64,000 bases of DNA, taken from IMG/VR virus record IMGVR_UViG_2791354954_000001, positions 3,446 to 67,445 of that record. One strand, given 5' to 3'. Positions 27,543 through 36,908 of the stretch are shown one piece after another; the first letter of the stretch is position 1, and the number at the start of each line of letters is the position of its first letter. The notes below the pieces were generated by a model, which searched no databases, was not told the origin of the DNA, and saw nothing but the letters and a program-made list of their open reading frames with translations. A program made the position numbers and the translations under genes. Source of the stretch: a virus (taxonomy: Duplodnaviria; Caudoviricetes).

Positions 27543-27836
27543 TTAATCCTCCTTGCGTACCTTAATCTTTACATCATTTTCGCCATTGTGATGATGTCTA
27601 ATCGTTACATCATACTCATCAACGCCGATTCTGCCGTCATCCTTCCATCTAATAACCGGCGCAGGGTTGATTTGCACTGCTACGCCTAAGCCATCAATAG
27701 CAACTTGACGTTTCGCAATAAACGCTTTGCGGATAGCAAACCAATGTATAAAATCCGGCAAAAATCGGTTAAATTGCTCTTCACTCATCTGTAAAAAATC
27801 TTCAACGGTTCTGAACTCAAAGATTTTGTTTTCCAT
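27543..27836 (-). CDS. Hypothetical protein
   Basis: ORF track; AAGGAG RBS. Confidence 0.65.
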   Translation of the reverse strand: MENKIFEFRTVEDFLQMSEEQFNRFLPDFIHWFAIRKAFIAKRQVAIDGLGVAVQINPAPVIRWKDDGRIGVDEYDVTIRHHHNGENDVKIKVRKED

Positions 27837-27839
27837 TTT

Positions 27840-28226
27840 TTACTCCTTGATCTCTTTCCAATTAGCAATAATAAAATCATCGCTAGTAATATCCGGCACG
27901 TTGTAACTGTGAAATTTGATACCAAATGATCCATCTAGTGGGAAATACCCTTCCTCACGTTCCATAATCTTAATGATGTGTATCTCAGAATAGTCGTTGG
28001 CAAAGTAAAAAATTCGATGTGCGGCGAGCGGCAACCAAGATGCTAAATGTTCTTTAAAGGGGGCATTTTTATTTGGATGTTCAGCCCAAAATGTTGACAT
28101 TTCAATTACAGCGTCTTTCAATTTTGGATGGTCAAAATCAATCTCAAATTTCACATTTGCTTCAACGCCACACCAACTATCGGTTTCTACGGTTACCAGT
28201 TGTTTTCCTGTTAATTTCATTTTCAT
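27840..28226 (-). CDS. Hypothetical protein (DUF2528-like)
   Basis: EMSTFW and EGYFPLDGSFGI motifs. Confidence 0.6.
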   Translation of the reverse strand: MKMKLTGKQLVTVETDSWCGVEANVKFEIDFDHPKLKDAVIEMSTFWAEHPNKNAPFKEHLASWLPLAAHRIFYFANDYSEIHIIKIMEREEGYFPLDGSFGIKFHSYNVPDITSDDFIIANWKEIKE

Positions 28227-28393
28227 TCCCCCAATACCGGCGCAATTCGCCACGCCACCGTTTTCATCTCCCGACTTGCCCGATGTAATACTTTCAGGGC
28301 ATCGCTATTTTTATCTTCCAGCAAATTGTCTTTGGCAATTTCCAACAGCGTCTGAATATCGACAATTTGTTGCGCAATATCTGCCTTTTTCAT
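28223..28393 (-). CDS. 56-aa hypothetical protein, not in ORF track
   Basis: MKKADIAQQIVDIQTLLEIAK...; ATGA overlaps. Confidence 0.6.
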   Translation of the reverse strand: MKKADIAQQIVDIQTLLEIAKDNLLEDKNSDALKVLHRASREMKTVAWRIAPVLGE

Positions 28394-28554
28394 ACTTCCT
28401 CCACCTCAACAACATCATCAATTTCAACGATTTTGTGTGGCAAATTGTTAATATCAAAAGTGTTTAAATCACATTTTTCTAATACTTGCTCATTGCTTTC
28501 AGCCTCGACCACTGCCTCAACTAAGCAATAAAAACGGGCTATATACTTCGCCAT
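28390..28554 (-). CDS. 54-aa acidic hypothetical protein, not in ORF track
   Basis: MAKYIARFYCLVEAVVEAESNEQV...; GGAGG RBS. Confidence 0.65.
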   Translation of the reverse strand: MAKYIARFYCLVEAVVEAESNEQVLEKCDLNTFDINNLPHKIVEIDDVVEVEEV

Positions 28555-28563
28555 TATTTCCTC

Positions 28564-28791
28564 CTAATTCGGCACATCATTGTTATTGCAGGTGTAGGGA
28601 TAAAAATCCGCATTCACTTTTGGCGTAATTCCCCCTTTGCTATAACCTTCGTAAACCAAATATACAACGCCACTAATACAAGTTTCGTGTATGCTTGCTT
28701 TAATTGATGCTTGTTCGATTTGCTGTTGTGTCGGTCTATCACAAGCAGTTAATGCACAAAGTGCGGTCAAAATCACGATTGCTTTTTTCAT
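28564..28791 (-). CDS. Small lipoprotein
   Basis: Lipobox LTAC; CISGVVY...YTC. Confidence 0.75.
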   Translation of the reverse strand: MKKAIVILTALCALTACDRPTQQQIEQASIKASIHETCISGVVYLVYEGYSKGGITPKVNADFYPYTCNNNDVPN

Positions 28792-28806
28792 TGTTACTCC
28801 TGTTGG

Positions 28807-28865
28807 TTAAAACACTTTATAAACGCCCCTTAAAGCGGGTTTAAAGAGCGTTGAAAAGAGTTTTA
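28807..28865. repeat. Intergenic long-hairpin repeat, diverged copy 3
   Basis: AAAACACTTTATAAACGCCC...GAGCGTTGAAAAGAGTTTT. Confidence 0.6.
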
Positions 28866-29057
28866 CATTTCAGCTAATTGCCCTTTATATTTTTGTTCTA
28901 ATGCCATTAATTCCGCACGTTGCAACCAATCCAGTTCTACAGGGTTTTCGTATGCGTATTTGATTTCATATAACGTATCGCTTTCCGTTGGGCTAATTGC
29001 ATGTACATTGAGTAATTTTTCAGCCAGTTGGTATTCTGATATTGTTGGCTTCCACAT
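28863..29057 (-). CDS. Hypothetical protein
   Basis: Start MWKPTISEY. Confidence 0.6.
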   Translation of the reverse strand: MWKPTISEYQLAEKLLNVHAISPTESDTLYEIKYAYENPVELDWLQRAELMALEQKYKGQLAEM

Positions 29058-29058
29058 A

Positions 29059-29676
29059 TCACACCCCCGCCACATCCAACGCAATCGGCACATACTGATC
29101 GCTTTCACCCACGCGTTCATAAAGTCGCACATAGGCTTTACTGCTCACCACTTGCACGCTTTCGCTAATCGCCTGCATTGCGTTTTGCCAGCGTTCGTCT
29201 TGAATATCCACCCGTCGTAACCCTAAAATGCGAGAGGTATTCAAATTGCCTTCTTTATCCACATTAAACGCCCGCTCAATTAAGGCTTTCAATTCAGGGC
29301 GAGAGCCTTCCGACCATTCACTTAAACATTCATCAATCAGCACTTTTGCCGCTTGAATACGTTCGTCAAATTGCAGATGGTCGTTAATGGCACGTTGGAT
29401 TTTGTATTTGCCGTCATAGCTAAATAGCGTGATATTGCCTTTTGTGCCGCCCACTTTGGCTTGATACTTCTCGGCAGATAACTCAACAAAAGCCTGAATA
29501 TCGCCGAAAATACTGTCCTTAAATTCACTGATTTCTCGGCGAATTGCTTTCCCTTTGCCAATCCATTCCCGCACCAACGCATCACGCTCTTTGTCGATGT
29601 CTTTCACCAAATCGGCAGGGGTTAAATTGCCCTTTGCATCGCGCCAGTATTCTTTTCCTTCAATCATTACTTTCAT
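29059..29676 (-). CDS. DUF3164 family protein (Gam position)
   Basis: KGNITLFSYDG, FDERIQAAK, SKAYVRLYER motifs. Confidence 0.85.
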   Translation of the reverse strand: MKVMIEGKEYWRDAKGNLTPADLVKDIDKERDALVREWIGKGKAIRREISEFKDSIFGDIQAFVELSAEKYQAKVGGTKGNITLFSYDGKYKIQRAINDHLQFDERIQAAKVLIDECLSEWSEGSRPELKALIERAFNVDKEGNLNTSRILGLRRVDIQDERWQNAMQAISESVQVVSSKAYVRLYERVGESDQYVPIALDVAGV

Positions 29677-29871
29677 TTAGAATTCCTCTTTATCTAACTT
29701 AATCACAACCAACCGTTTCCCCGATTGATTTCGCCTGTGAAACCTTGGCGTACTCATACTTTGTATGGTCTTGGCTTGTACGCCCAGTTTTTCTGCTAAT
29801 TCTTCTGCCGTGCCGTCGCCTAAATTTTCCTCTCCGCGATATACGGCATAGATTTGACGACGCTTTGTCAT
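29677..29871 (-). CDS. Small DNA-binding phage protein
   Basis: YAVYRGEE..GTAEELAEKLGV HTH-like segment. Confidence 0.65.
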   Translation of the reverse strand: MTKRRQIYAVYRGEENLGDGTAEELAEKLGVQAKTIQSMSTPRFHRRNQSGKRLVVIKLDKEEF

Positions 29872-29880
29872 AGCCCCTCC

Positions 29881-30090
29881 TTACCAATACACCGTAACAC
29901 CTTGCTCGTCTGCGACATTTCGCACACGTCTTACCCCTTGGCTGTAAGTGGTCATCTGCACGCTTTTTTGCTTTAAACGGCGGCTTGGGTTCATCACCAC
30001 CATCATCGGAAAACGCCCGTCTTTACTTTCCACAATTTGCACGCCTTCACGTCTTAACGCATACGCCACACGGATCATTTGTTCTCTCAT
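29881..30090 (-). CDS. Hypothetical early protein
   Basis: AGGAG RBS; follows B. Confidence 0.65.
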   Translation of the reverse strand: MREQMIRVAYALRREGVQIVESKDGRFPMMVVMNPSRRLKQKSVQMTTYSQGVRRVRNVADEQGVTVYW

Positions 30091-30100
30091 TGTTTGCTCC

Positions 30101-30984
30101 TTAGCTAATCAACATTTTGCTATACTGTTCAATCATTGCTGCACTGATTTGGGTGTCGTTTATTTCTGCCGACCGCACCACACCGCGCATTAATTTGCTT
30201 AATCGGCGGGCGTTCCCTTTGCAGGCTTTAATCAATGGCTCGTTAAATTCGCTGGTATTTAGCGCACTTTGCGCTAACATTGCCAAATCTTCATCGGGTA
30301 GGGCGTTGCCTAAATCGCAGGCAAAACCCACGCGGCTATAAAGCTGTGCCAATTCGTTATTTTTACCTTTTAAATTCACTAATAAGCGAGGCATACCGGC
30401 TAAAATCACGCCACATTGGGTTAAATCGTGAATGCGGCGGATAAACTCTAATGCACGGGTAGAAAGTAATTCCGCTTCATCAATGATTAATAACCGTTCC
30501 GATCCTTTCAGTTTTTCCACAATGCCGGATAACACATCGTTATTAATTCCGCGGCTGTTTGCCCCCACCGCTTCGGCAATCTTGCGGAGCAATACTTTCG
30601 GATTGCAGCTTGGGTCGGTTTCAATCAAAACGGCGGAGCTGTGTTCTTTGGCATATTGTTTCAACATCTGCGTTTTGCCTAAGCCTGCCGCACCGTAAAT
30701 CACGTTAATTTCGCCTTCTGCGTGGGCAAATTGCATAATTTCCATTCCACGTCTTGCTGTCATTGTCGGGACAAACTTGGCGTTATATTTTGCTTCTACC
30801 ACTTTTGCTTTTTGGCGGGCTAAAAGTTCGTCCACTTTTTCATCAATCCATTTGGTATCAGTTGGATATTTACCGTTCAAATATTGGCTCACCGTGGTAA
30901 TGGACACATCAAACAATGTTGCCACCTGTTTTTGGCTCATTTTGTTGGCATCCATAAAGGCTTTTAAGTCTTGGCTTTTCATCA
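30101..30984 (-). CDS. MuB-like transposition ATPase
   Basis: N-terminal HTH, GAAGLGKT Walker A, LLIIDEAE Walker B. Confidence 0.93.
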
Positions 30985-30992
30985 TTTTCCCC

Positions 30993-32951
30993 TTATTCAT
31001 TCACTAACTTTTTTCGTTGTTCCCACGCCTCTTTTTCGGCTTTCGTCAAGAAAATCGGTGTAAGCTCTTTTTTCGGTTTGGCTTTCGTTCGTAATAATTC
31101 AAAGCTCGGTTGATGTTCAATCGTTACAACCGGATTCAATTCCGCATTGATTTCATCGACTTTCTCCATCTCACGTTTCAAACGTCCTTTCATACGTGTT
31201 CTGCGGGTTTGTTCAATAAACGGAAGTGGGAACGCATCACGCTTGTTGCCGTCTAATTCGGCATAACACACAAAACCACCGTCTTGCTTGCGTACTATCA
31301 CTTTTGACGGGTCGTGAATATCAAACATCACCTGCACTTTTTGCCCATCCACATCTAACAACTTCGTGTTGAAATAATCATTGTTAAATAACTGTAACCA
31401 ACCACGTTGTGCGGTGCGTAACACGCTCGGGCGGAATAAATCCCTTGCTTCAACCGGCGTGATGAATACCAAGTCCTCTGCTTTCATTTTCGCCATCAAC
31501 TGACGGCGTTTGGATGCCGGGGTCATCCCGATTTCACGATGAACGTGTTCGTTGTTATACCAATCAATGCCTTCTTGCACGGCACTCAAAAACGCATTCC
31601 AACTCGGCAATTTACCCACCGCCCATTTTTGTTTTGGGGTCAGCTCCGTTACACCTTTGCGTTTGGCTTTATCTAGCGATACCACGGCAGTGCTTACTTG
31701 ACGCACCGTGTCTCGGTCAGCCCCTGAACCGTGATAAGTATCAAACTGACGTGCAACACGATACAAAATCGTCTGATGTACCCGTTCGATAATCCCACGC
31801 CCTTGTGGGTTGCCCGGTATCCCGGTTTGGTGATTAATCCCCAAGCGGGGCAACATCCCGGTAATATCCGCATCCAACATCCAGTTCTTTTCACCTCCCC
31901 CGTTATCGGAGTAATAAACCGCCGGTATGCCGTAGCGTTCAATCCCGTGTCGTAGCGCATCTGCCACCGCTAACACGTTTTCGGCTAAACTAGCCGACCA
32001 CCCTACAATAAAGCGGCAGGCGGTATCCATAATCAACGTGACCTCCGGAATAAAGGGGCGACCGTGAATAGGATGTGCCACTTTCATCTTCATACTGTGT
32101 CCATCACCCACCCACACATCATTTACCAATAACACGCTCCAATCGCGTTTTACATAAGTGTTAAGGGCGCGTAATTCAGAGCCGGTTTTACGTCCAATCT
32201 CTTTAATATGGCGGGGTAATTTCGCCAACGCCGACCGCACTTGGTCGAGGCTCGGTTTCATTGCAAGACGTAGCGGTTCATCTGCAAATCGCTCATCCCA
32301 TTGCGCCGAGAAATAGTGATAGGCTTCCGCCACATTAATGCCGTTAGTTTGGCGATATACCGCCAAAAAATCCGGCAACCACCAAATCTCTTCCGCTTTT
32401 TTCGCCATTCGCTTCATCGGTGCAAGGGCTTTCAAGCGTGCTTCCGGCGTATCCGCTTTCTCATAATCCAACACCCACTGATTTAAAGTGCGGTCGGAAA
32501 GCGTACGATTTTTACCTTTCTTGTTATTGGCAAGCTCCACCAACTTCATCAACTCCGCCGACACCTCGCCGTGTTTAATTTGTTCACATAAAAACTTAAC
32601 GGCTTTATAACGGGGCTGTGCTTGTTCAAGTTCCAACACTTTCACCACCAACGCCATCCTTGCGTCTGCCGCCTCACGCTGTTTTGCTGTTAAGGTTTTT
32701 AACTCAACTTGGCGAAGAGCGAGTGGGGCTCTGGGTTTGGATTTCACGACAGCGGTCGCAAATTTATTGCGGATTTCATCTTGTACCGCCTGTGGCAGGG
32801 ACGATAGGGCATATTCAACACCACCGCCTTTAACCCCTTTTAATGGTTGAGATTGCCATTTTTCTTTTCTAGCTTGTCTATTTACATTGCTTGGATGTTT
32901 AGATAATCCTCCAATGCCAACTAATTCTTTTGCACTAAACCATAATTTCAT
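30993..32951 (-). CDS. MuA-like DDE transposase
   Basis: Mu-type N-terminal HTH, WVGDGH, YSDNGGG, GRGIIER catalytic motifs. Confidence 0.95.
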   Translation of the reverse strand: MKLWFSAKELVGIGGLSKHPSNVNRQARKEKWQSQPLKGVKGGGVEYALSSLPQAVQDEIRNKFATAVVKSKPRAPLALRQVELKTLTAKQREAADARMALVVKVLELEQAQPRYKAVKFLCEQIKHGEVSAELMKLVELANNKKGKNRTLSDRTLNQWVLDYEKADTPEARLKALAPMKRMAKKAEEIWWLPDFLAVYRQTNGINVAEAYHYFSAQWDERFADEPLRLAMKPSLDQVRSALAKLPRHIKEIGRKTGSELRALNTYVKRDWSVLLVNDVWVGDGHSMKMKVAHPIHGRPFIPEVTLIMDTACRFIVGWSASLAENVLAVADALRHGIERYGIPAVYYSDNGGGEKNWMLDADITGMLPRLGINHQTGIPGNPQGRGIIERVHQTILYRVARQFDTYHGSGADRDTVRQVSTAVVSLDKAKRKGVTELTPKQKWAVGKLPSWNAFLSAVQEGIDWYNNEHVHREIGMTPASKRRQLMAKMKAEDLVFITPVEARDLFRPSVLRTAQRGWLQLFNNDYFNTKLLDVDGQKVQVMFDIHDPSKVIVRKQDGGFVCYAELDGNKRDAFPLPFIEQTRRTRMKGRLKREMEKVDEINAELNPVVTIEHQPSFELLRTKAKPKKELTPIFLTKAEKEAWEQRKKLVNE

Positions 32952-32967
32952 AACAGCTCATCCTTAT

Positions 32968-33189
32968 TTAATCTAGATATCTGCTAGGCCATATATCTTT
33001 TGGTTCTTTTCCTAGCGCATCAGCAATAATTTTTTCACCTTTTGGATAACGTTTATCAAAAGCATTTCTCAATGTTGTTTTTGCTAATCCATGCTGAATC
33101 CCTAATTGAGCTAATGAAATCCCTTTTTTAATCAATTCAGCTCTAATGTCTGCTCTATGCATATCATTAGTTCTTCCTTTTTCTTTCAT
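32968..33189 (-). CDS. ner: Ner-like regulator
   Basis: DMHRADIRAEL...PKGEKIIADALG..IWPSRY. Confidence 0.92.
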   Translation of the reverse strand: MKEKGRTNDMHRADIRAELIKKGISLAQLGIQHGLAKTTLRNAFDKRYPKGEKIIADALGKEPKDIWPSRYLD

Positions 33190-33225
33190 TTTGTGCGATC
33201 CTTAAAAACTAGTCGTTTAACTACT

Positions 33226-33387
33226 TGATTAAGTACTTAATCACCTACGATTTGAAATATATATTAAATCATTTTCTTAATCAATAGGTGATTTAACAAT
33301 TTTTTACAAAATCTTTTGAGTGATTGCTTAAATCATTGATTTTGTTTAACTTAATCATTTGAATATTTTTATCCCATTTTGATTAAG
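33226..33387. promoter_or_regulatory. Repressor operators / transposition enhancer with IHF site
   Basis: Repeated TGATTAAG/CTTAATCA, including perfect palindrome 33226-33243; IHF consensus AATCAATGATTTA at 33329-33341 (minus). Confidence 0.65.
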
Positions 33388-33398
33388 AAAGGTGCTTT

Positions 33399-34112
33399 AT
33401 GAAATCATCTGATAAGGTCTGGTTTACTGCTAAAGAATTAGAGGGGCTAAATGGTCTTCCTTCTCATGCGACAAACATTACAAGGAAAGCTAAAAATGAA
33501 AATTGGATAACTAGGGAGGCTAAAGGTGTAAAAGGTGGAGGGTTTGAATATCATATATCAAGTCTACCAAAGCTAACCCAAATGTCTTTAGGATTTAGAG
33601 ATGGAATACAAGCGATAAAAAGCAATTTACATGATTCAGCCGAAAAACATGCAATAAAAGAAAATGGCTTTGCTGATTTCAATCAAGTTAATCCCGATTA
33701 TTATGAACCTATTGATGACTTTAGAGACGTTAGAGTTTCTGCTGGGTTGGGTTCTGAAAACGAAGAACAATATGAACCCGCTTACATAATGGTTGAAAGC
33801 TCTTGGTTTCAAAGAACTGGGATTAAATCTAAAGACTGTGCAATGTTTACAGTCAAGGGTGAAAGCATGGAACCAACTTTAAGGGATGGTGAAGAGATTA
33901 TTGTAGATCGCTCAAAACGCCAATTACAAGAGGGTAAAATTTTTGTCCTAAATCACGGTGGTGCAATGTTAGTGAAAAAAGTGCAATTTACCTATGAGGG
34001 GATTGAATTGTTAAGTGATAACACCGCATACCGCCCCATAAAAATTACCAATGAAGAAGCCGACAAATTACGTGTTATCGGACAACTTGTGAGAGGATAT
34101 CGTAATTTTTAA
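33399..34112 (+). CDS. Mu-like repressor c with S24 peptidase domain
   Basis: N-terminus homologous to transposase HTH; VSAG cleavage site, GESMEP, LVKK. Confidence 0.9.
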   Translation: MKSSDKVWFTAKELEGLNGLPSHATNITRKAKNENWITREAKGVKGGGFEYHISSLPKLTQMSLGFRDGIQAIKSNLHDSAEKHAIKENGFADFNQVNPDYYEPIDDFRDVRVSAGLGSENEEQYEPAYIMVESSWFQRTGIKSKDCAMFTVKGESMEPTLRDGEEIIVDRSKRQLQEGKIFVLNHGGAMLVKKVQFTYEGIELLSDNTAYRPIKITNEEADKLRVIGQLVRGYRNF

Positions 34113-34231
34113 CCTTATAGATTTAAAACCAATAAAAAAGGCTGGATAACCCAGCCTACTATTCACAATTTAAAGCTCCTTAAAACGTATTTTAAAAACT
34201 GTTTAAAAATCGCCTAAATACCGCCAACTTT

Positions 34232-34401
34232 TATGCAAATAAAAAACCAATTTCCGCCCATTTTCAACCAATCCCCACCATTTTCATTTTTTGCATAAAA
34301 TCCCCCACCAAAACCGCCCAAGCCCCACCACACAAGCCTCAAGCCAATTTTTTCGAGCCAAATTTTTTCTTTTTCTCTATGCAAATATTGTCACTACCCC
34401 A
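34232..34401 (-). other. Prophage end with candidate transposase-binding repeats
   Basis: TATGCAAA at ~34232 and ~34378, inverted at ~34290; terminal TG candidates at 34401 or 34393. Confidence 0.55.
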
Positions 34402-34589
34402 TACTGAGTATCCTGTCGGCTCACATTCTGTGATTTTTTTCTGTATTTAGCAAGATCTGATTCAAACACCCGCCAGACTCTCGATCCTTCCATTTGAAAA
34501 AATCCCCACAGTTTTCTTTTGCTGAAAACATATCCATAGCTCATCTTTAATAGCTTGGCTACTTCAGCAATAGTTAGTGTTTGTTCCAT
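34377..34589 (-). CDS. Excisionase-like HTH protein, 3' end replaced by Mu end
   Basis: LTIAEVAKLL..WRV winged HTH; last 7 codons come from the Mu terminus. Confidence 0.65.
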   Translation of the reverse strand: MEQTLTIAEVAKLLKMSYGYVFSKRKLWGFFQMEGSRVWRVFESDLAKYRKKSQNVSRQDTQYGVVTIFA

Positions 34590-34599
34590 ATTTTCCTCG

Positions 34600-34797
34600 T
34601 CACTTCAAAATATCCGGCACTTCAACAACTTTTAGCTGTTCCAGTTTCATATTTTTGTATTTTAGATAATGCTGGACGATTTCTAATGCTTGCTCTTCTG
34701 TTACTGTTTTATAAGTTTCTTCGACTACACTCCAAATGTATTTACATTCAAGTACGATATATCGTTTGCCGTTTATAATTTGTAATTCTTGTGACAT
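34600..34797 (-). CDS. Hypothetical protein
   Basis: GGAGG RBS; ORF track. Confidence 0.6.
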   Translation of the reverse strand: MSQELQIINGKRYIVLECKYIWSVVEETYKTVTEEQALEIVQHYLKYKNMKLEQLKVVEVPDILK

Positions 34798-34858
34798 TTT
34801 TCCTCCAATAAAAAACCGCCTACATTTCTGTGGGCGGTTATTAAATTAATCTATTGTT

Positions 34859-35566
34859 TTAGTGTAGTTGCAATAGCTTAGAGGCTTTAGCGATACCTTT
34901 TGCTGTTACGAGAACTTGATCGCAAATTTTTTCTGTGCCATCTTCTCTGATTGCAGTGTGGGTTTTATGTTCTAGTAATCCTTGTTGGATTTTTTCCTGA
35001 TAAGCGATCCAAGTTTTACCGCCTGCCCGTTTATAAATCCACTTTTGAGCAGAAAGCCAAGCGATAAATTGCTTTGGTGGCATTTGTAGCACTTTCGCCG
35101 TTTCGGTTAAATTGAGCGATCCCTCTGATTTTGTTATGCGATAGTAGGCGGCGACTGTCGGCTGCATTTCTTCTACTTTATGTTCTAAGGTAATCACTTT
35201 TTCTGCATAGTTGCCAAGTAATCCGCGCAAGGCTTGTGGATCATTAAGCATTTGCATTGGATCTACTGGTTGGCGGATTTGATTTTCAAGCTCTTGCCAG
35301 CGATCAATAATGCGTTTGCGAAGCTTAACCTTATAGCCTGCAATTAAGGTAATGGTTAAATCTTTAGGCAAATTGTAACAACGATATGTTCTCCCCTTGC
35401 TATCTTTGTAATCTGCACAAAATTGTGCAGGTTGAATTTCAAGTCCATTTAGCATATTGTCAATATCACGCAATACACCTCTATGTTCTTTCTCGCAAAG
35501 CTCCGCAATCTCACGACTGCTCATTGTCATTTCGTTGTTTTGAGTTAATGTAATTAAGTTTGTCAT
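34859..35566 (-). CDS. Rha-domain / ANT (KilAC) antirepressor
   Basis: TMSSREIAEL..H..VLRDI and C-terminal AYQEKIQQGL..VTAKG motifs. Confidence 0.88.
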   Translation of the reverse strand: MTNLITLTQNNEMTMSSREIAELCEKEHRGVLRDIDNMLNGLEIQPAQFCADYKDSKGRTYRCYNLPKDLTITLIAGYKVKLRKRIIDRWQELENQIRQPVDPMQMLNDPQALRGLLGNYAEKVITLEHKVEEMQPTVAAYYRITKSEGSLNLTETAKVLQMPPKQFIAWLSAQKWIYKRAGGKTWIAYQEKIQQGLLEHKTHTAIREDGTEKICDQVLVTAKGIAKASKLLQLH

Positions 35567-35569
35567 TTC

Positions 35570-35800
35570 TTATTCTCCTTGTCGGGTAGAGAGGGCTTGA
35601 GGGATTAAAGATTGAATTTCATCGGCAATTTCTTCGGCTAATTCAAGTGAATTAATGATAAAGCGATGAGGTAGATTAAACCCATCGTTGATACTGCAAC
35701 CATTTTCAGTTAATAACGCAAGAATTGCTCTTAGTTGTTCGGCTGAAATGGTGAGTTTATCGTATGGGGAAATTTGAGAAGAAGTATGAGAATTTGACAT
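35570..35800 (-). CDS. Small protein in antirepressor operon (icd-like position)
   Basis: First gene after C4-like RNA; RBS overlaps the target box. Confidence 0.6.
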   Translation of the reverse strand: MSNSHTSSQISPYDKLTISAEQLRAILALLTENGCSINDGFNLPHRFIINSLELAEEIADEIQSLIPQALSTRQGE

Positions 35801-35839
35801 TTTTGTACCTTACGTTTTTAGTTAGTAATGACCTTGAGC

Positions 35840-35919
35840 GGTCGGGCTTCAACTACCAAACGTAAGATCGGCGGAGCTTATTTCCTTTCGGTATTTTATT
35901 AGGCTCTCTCGACCCGACC
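35840..35919 (-). ncRNA. C4-like antisense RNA, module 1
   Basis: GGTCGGG/CCCGACC stem, CC-GAAA-GG hairpin, CTTACGTTT complementary to AAACGTAAG boxes up- and downstream. Confidence 0.7.
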
Positions 35920-36014
35920 ATAACAAATATGATCATTTCTACCTAAAATTTAGGTACAAAAAAACCGCTAATTTGTCGGAGCGGATAACCGACTTACGTT
36001 TTGATAGTGCGGTT

Positions 36015-36044
36015 ATCTTAATCCGAAAGGGCGGTGGGTGTCAA
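36015..36044 (-). promoter_or_regulatory. sigma70 promoter of module 1
   Basis: TTGACA-18 nt-TAAGAT. Confidence 0.65.
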
Positions 36045-36133
36045 TGTTATTTCCATAATGAAATCCTCTTTGCTCGGTGATAAGATTATCAGTGACCAAA
36101 CTTTTAATTTAACACTTCTACAAAGAGGATTTT

Positions 36134-36574
36134 ATGAACAAATTCATCATTGGTTTTTATGGCGCTAGCAATAATGGTAAAACGAGTGCATTAAACCAGC
36201 TTATTGATTGTTTTTCTGAAACATTTGAAATGAGTGATTTCAGTGAAGCCAATTCAATAGATCGTGTTGTATGCCTTGACTATAATGGCATTAAGTTAGG
36301 TATTGCAGCAGGTGGAGATGATGGAGATACCGTTTCTAAAAATCTTGAAAAACTTATTCAAGAAAAATGTGATGTCATCATTACAGCTTGTCGGACATTT
36401 GGTGGAACTCACGATGCGATAAATGAATACAAAGATAGATATGATATACATTATATCACATGCCCATATTTGTATTTTCCAGAAGGTAAGCCAAACACTG
36501 AACAGCTAAAACGAGTTGATGTGAGTAACGCGGTGTTTGTTAGAACTTATATAGAACAATTGATTTCTAAATGA
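36134..36574 (+). CDS. Small P-loop NTPase (moron)
   Basis: GASNNGKT Walker A; opposite strand; AT-rich; AGAGG RBS. Confidence 0.75.
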   Translation: MNKFIIGFYGASNNGKTSALNQLIDCFSETFEMSDFSEANSIDRVVCLDYNGIKLGIAAGGDDGDTVSKNLEKLIQEKCDVIITACRTFGGTHDAINEYKDRYDIHYITCPYLYFPEGKPNTEQLKRVDVSNAVFVRTYIEQLISK

Positions 36575-36586
36575 GCCCACCGCACT

Positions 36587-36908
36587 TTAGCGATGTTTAT
36601 GCTGCTTAGGATTAACCACTGGCAATTCCAAAAGGTTGTTGAGTGGTTTTGCTGTGGGCTGGTGTTGATTTCTGTGTTCCGTTATCCACGTTAATAAGTT
36701 GCTAAATTCGTCATAATAACGGGCTTGTTGGGTTGCCTGCCCAATGACAAACGCTCGTTGTTCGCTGTCTAAAAGTAGCCAGTATTTTTTAACTTGTTCA
36801 ATTGCTCTCAGCCTATTAGGTTTTCTGAGATTAAAATTGTCGTGTATGTATTTACCAAACAATTCAGCAAAAAAAAGAATAAGCAATGCTGATATGGATT
36901 TCGTTCAT
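36587..36908 (-). pseudogene. Hypothetical gene frameshifted in a T8 tract
   Basis: ATG 36908 with AGGAG RBS goes out of frame at A8 run 36869-36876. Confidence 0.6.

Larger units (their letters stand above)
1..34401 (-). mobile_element. Mu-like (FluMu-type) transposable prophage; repressor-proximal end near 34401, other end outside window
   Basis: Mu gene order c-ner-A-B-early-gemA-mor-lysis-terminase-portal-F-G-I-T-sheath-tube-TMP-N-P-baseplate-fibre; no frameshift or nonsense lesions seen. Confidence 0.95.

Noticed and set aside
26126-28865. CRISPR array or integron
   Set aside because: Only three repeats separated by whole genes; no cas or integron integrase gene in the window.
36869-36876. 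Phase-variable homopolymer switch
   Set aside because: A8 is short and lies in a decaying operon; it cannot be distinguished from a simple lesion.
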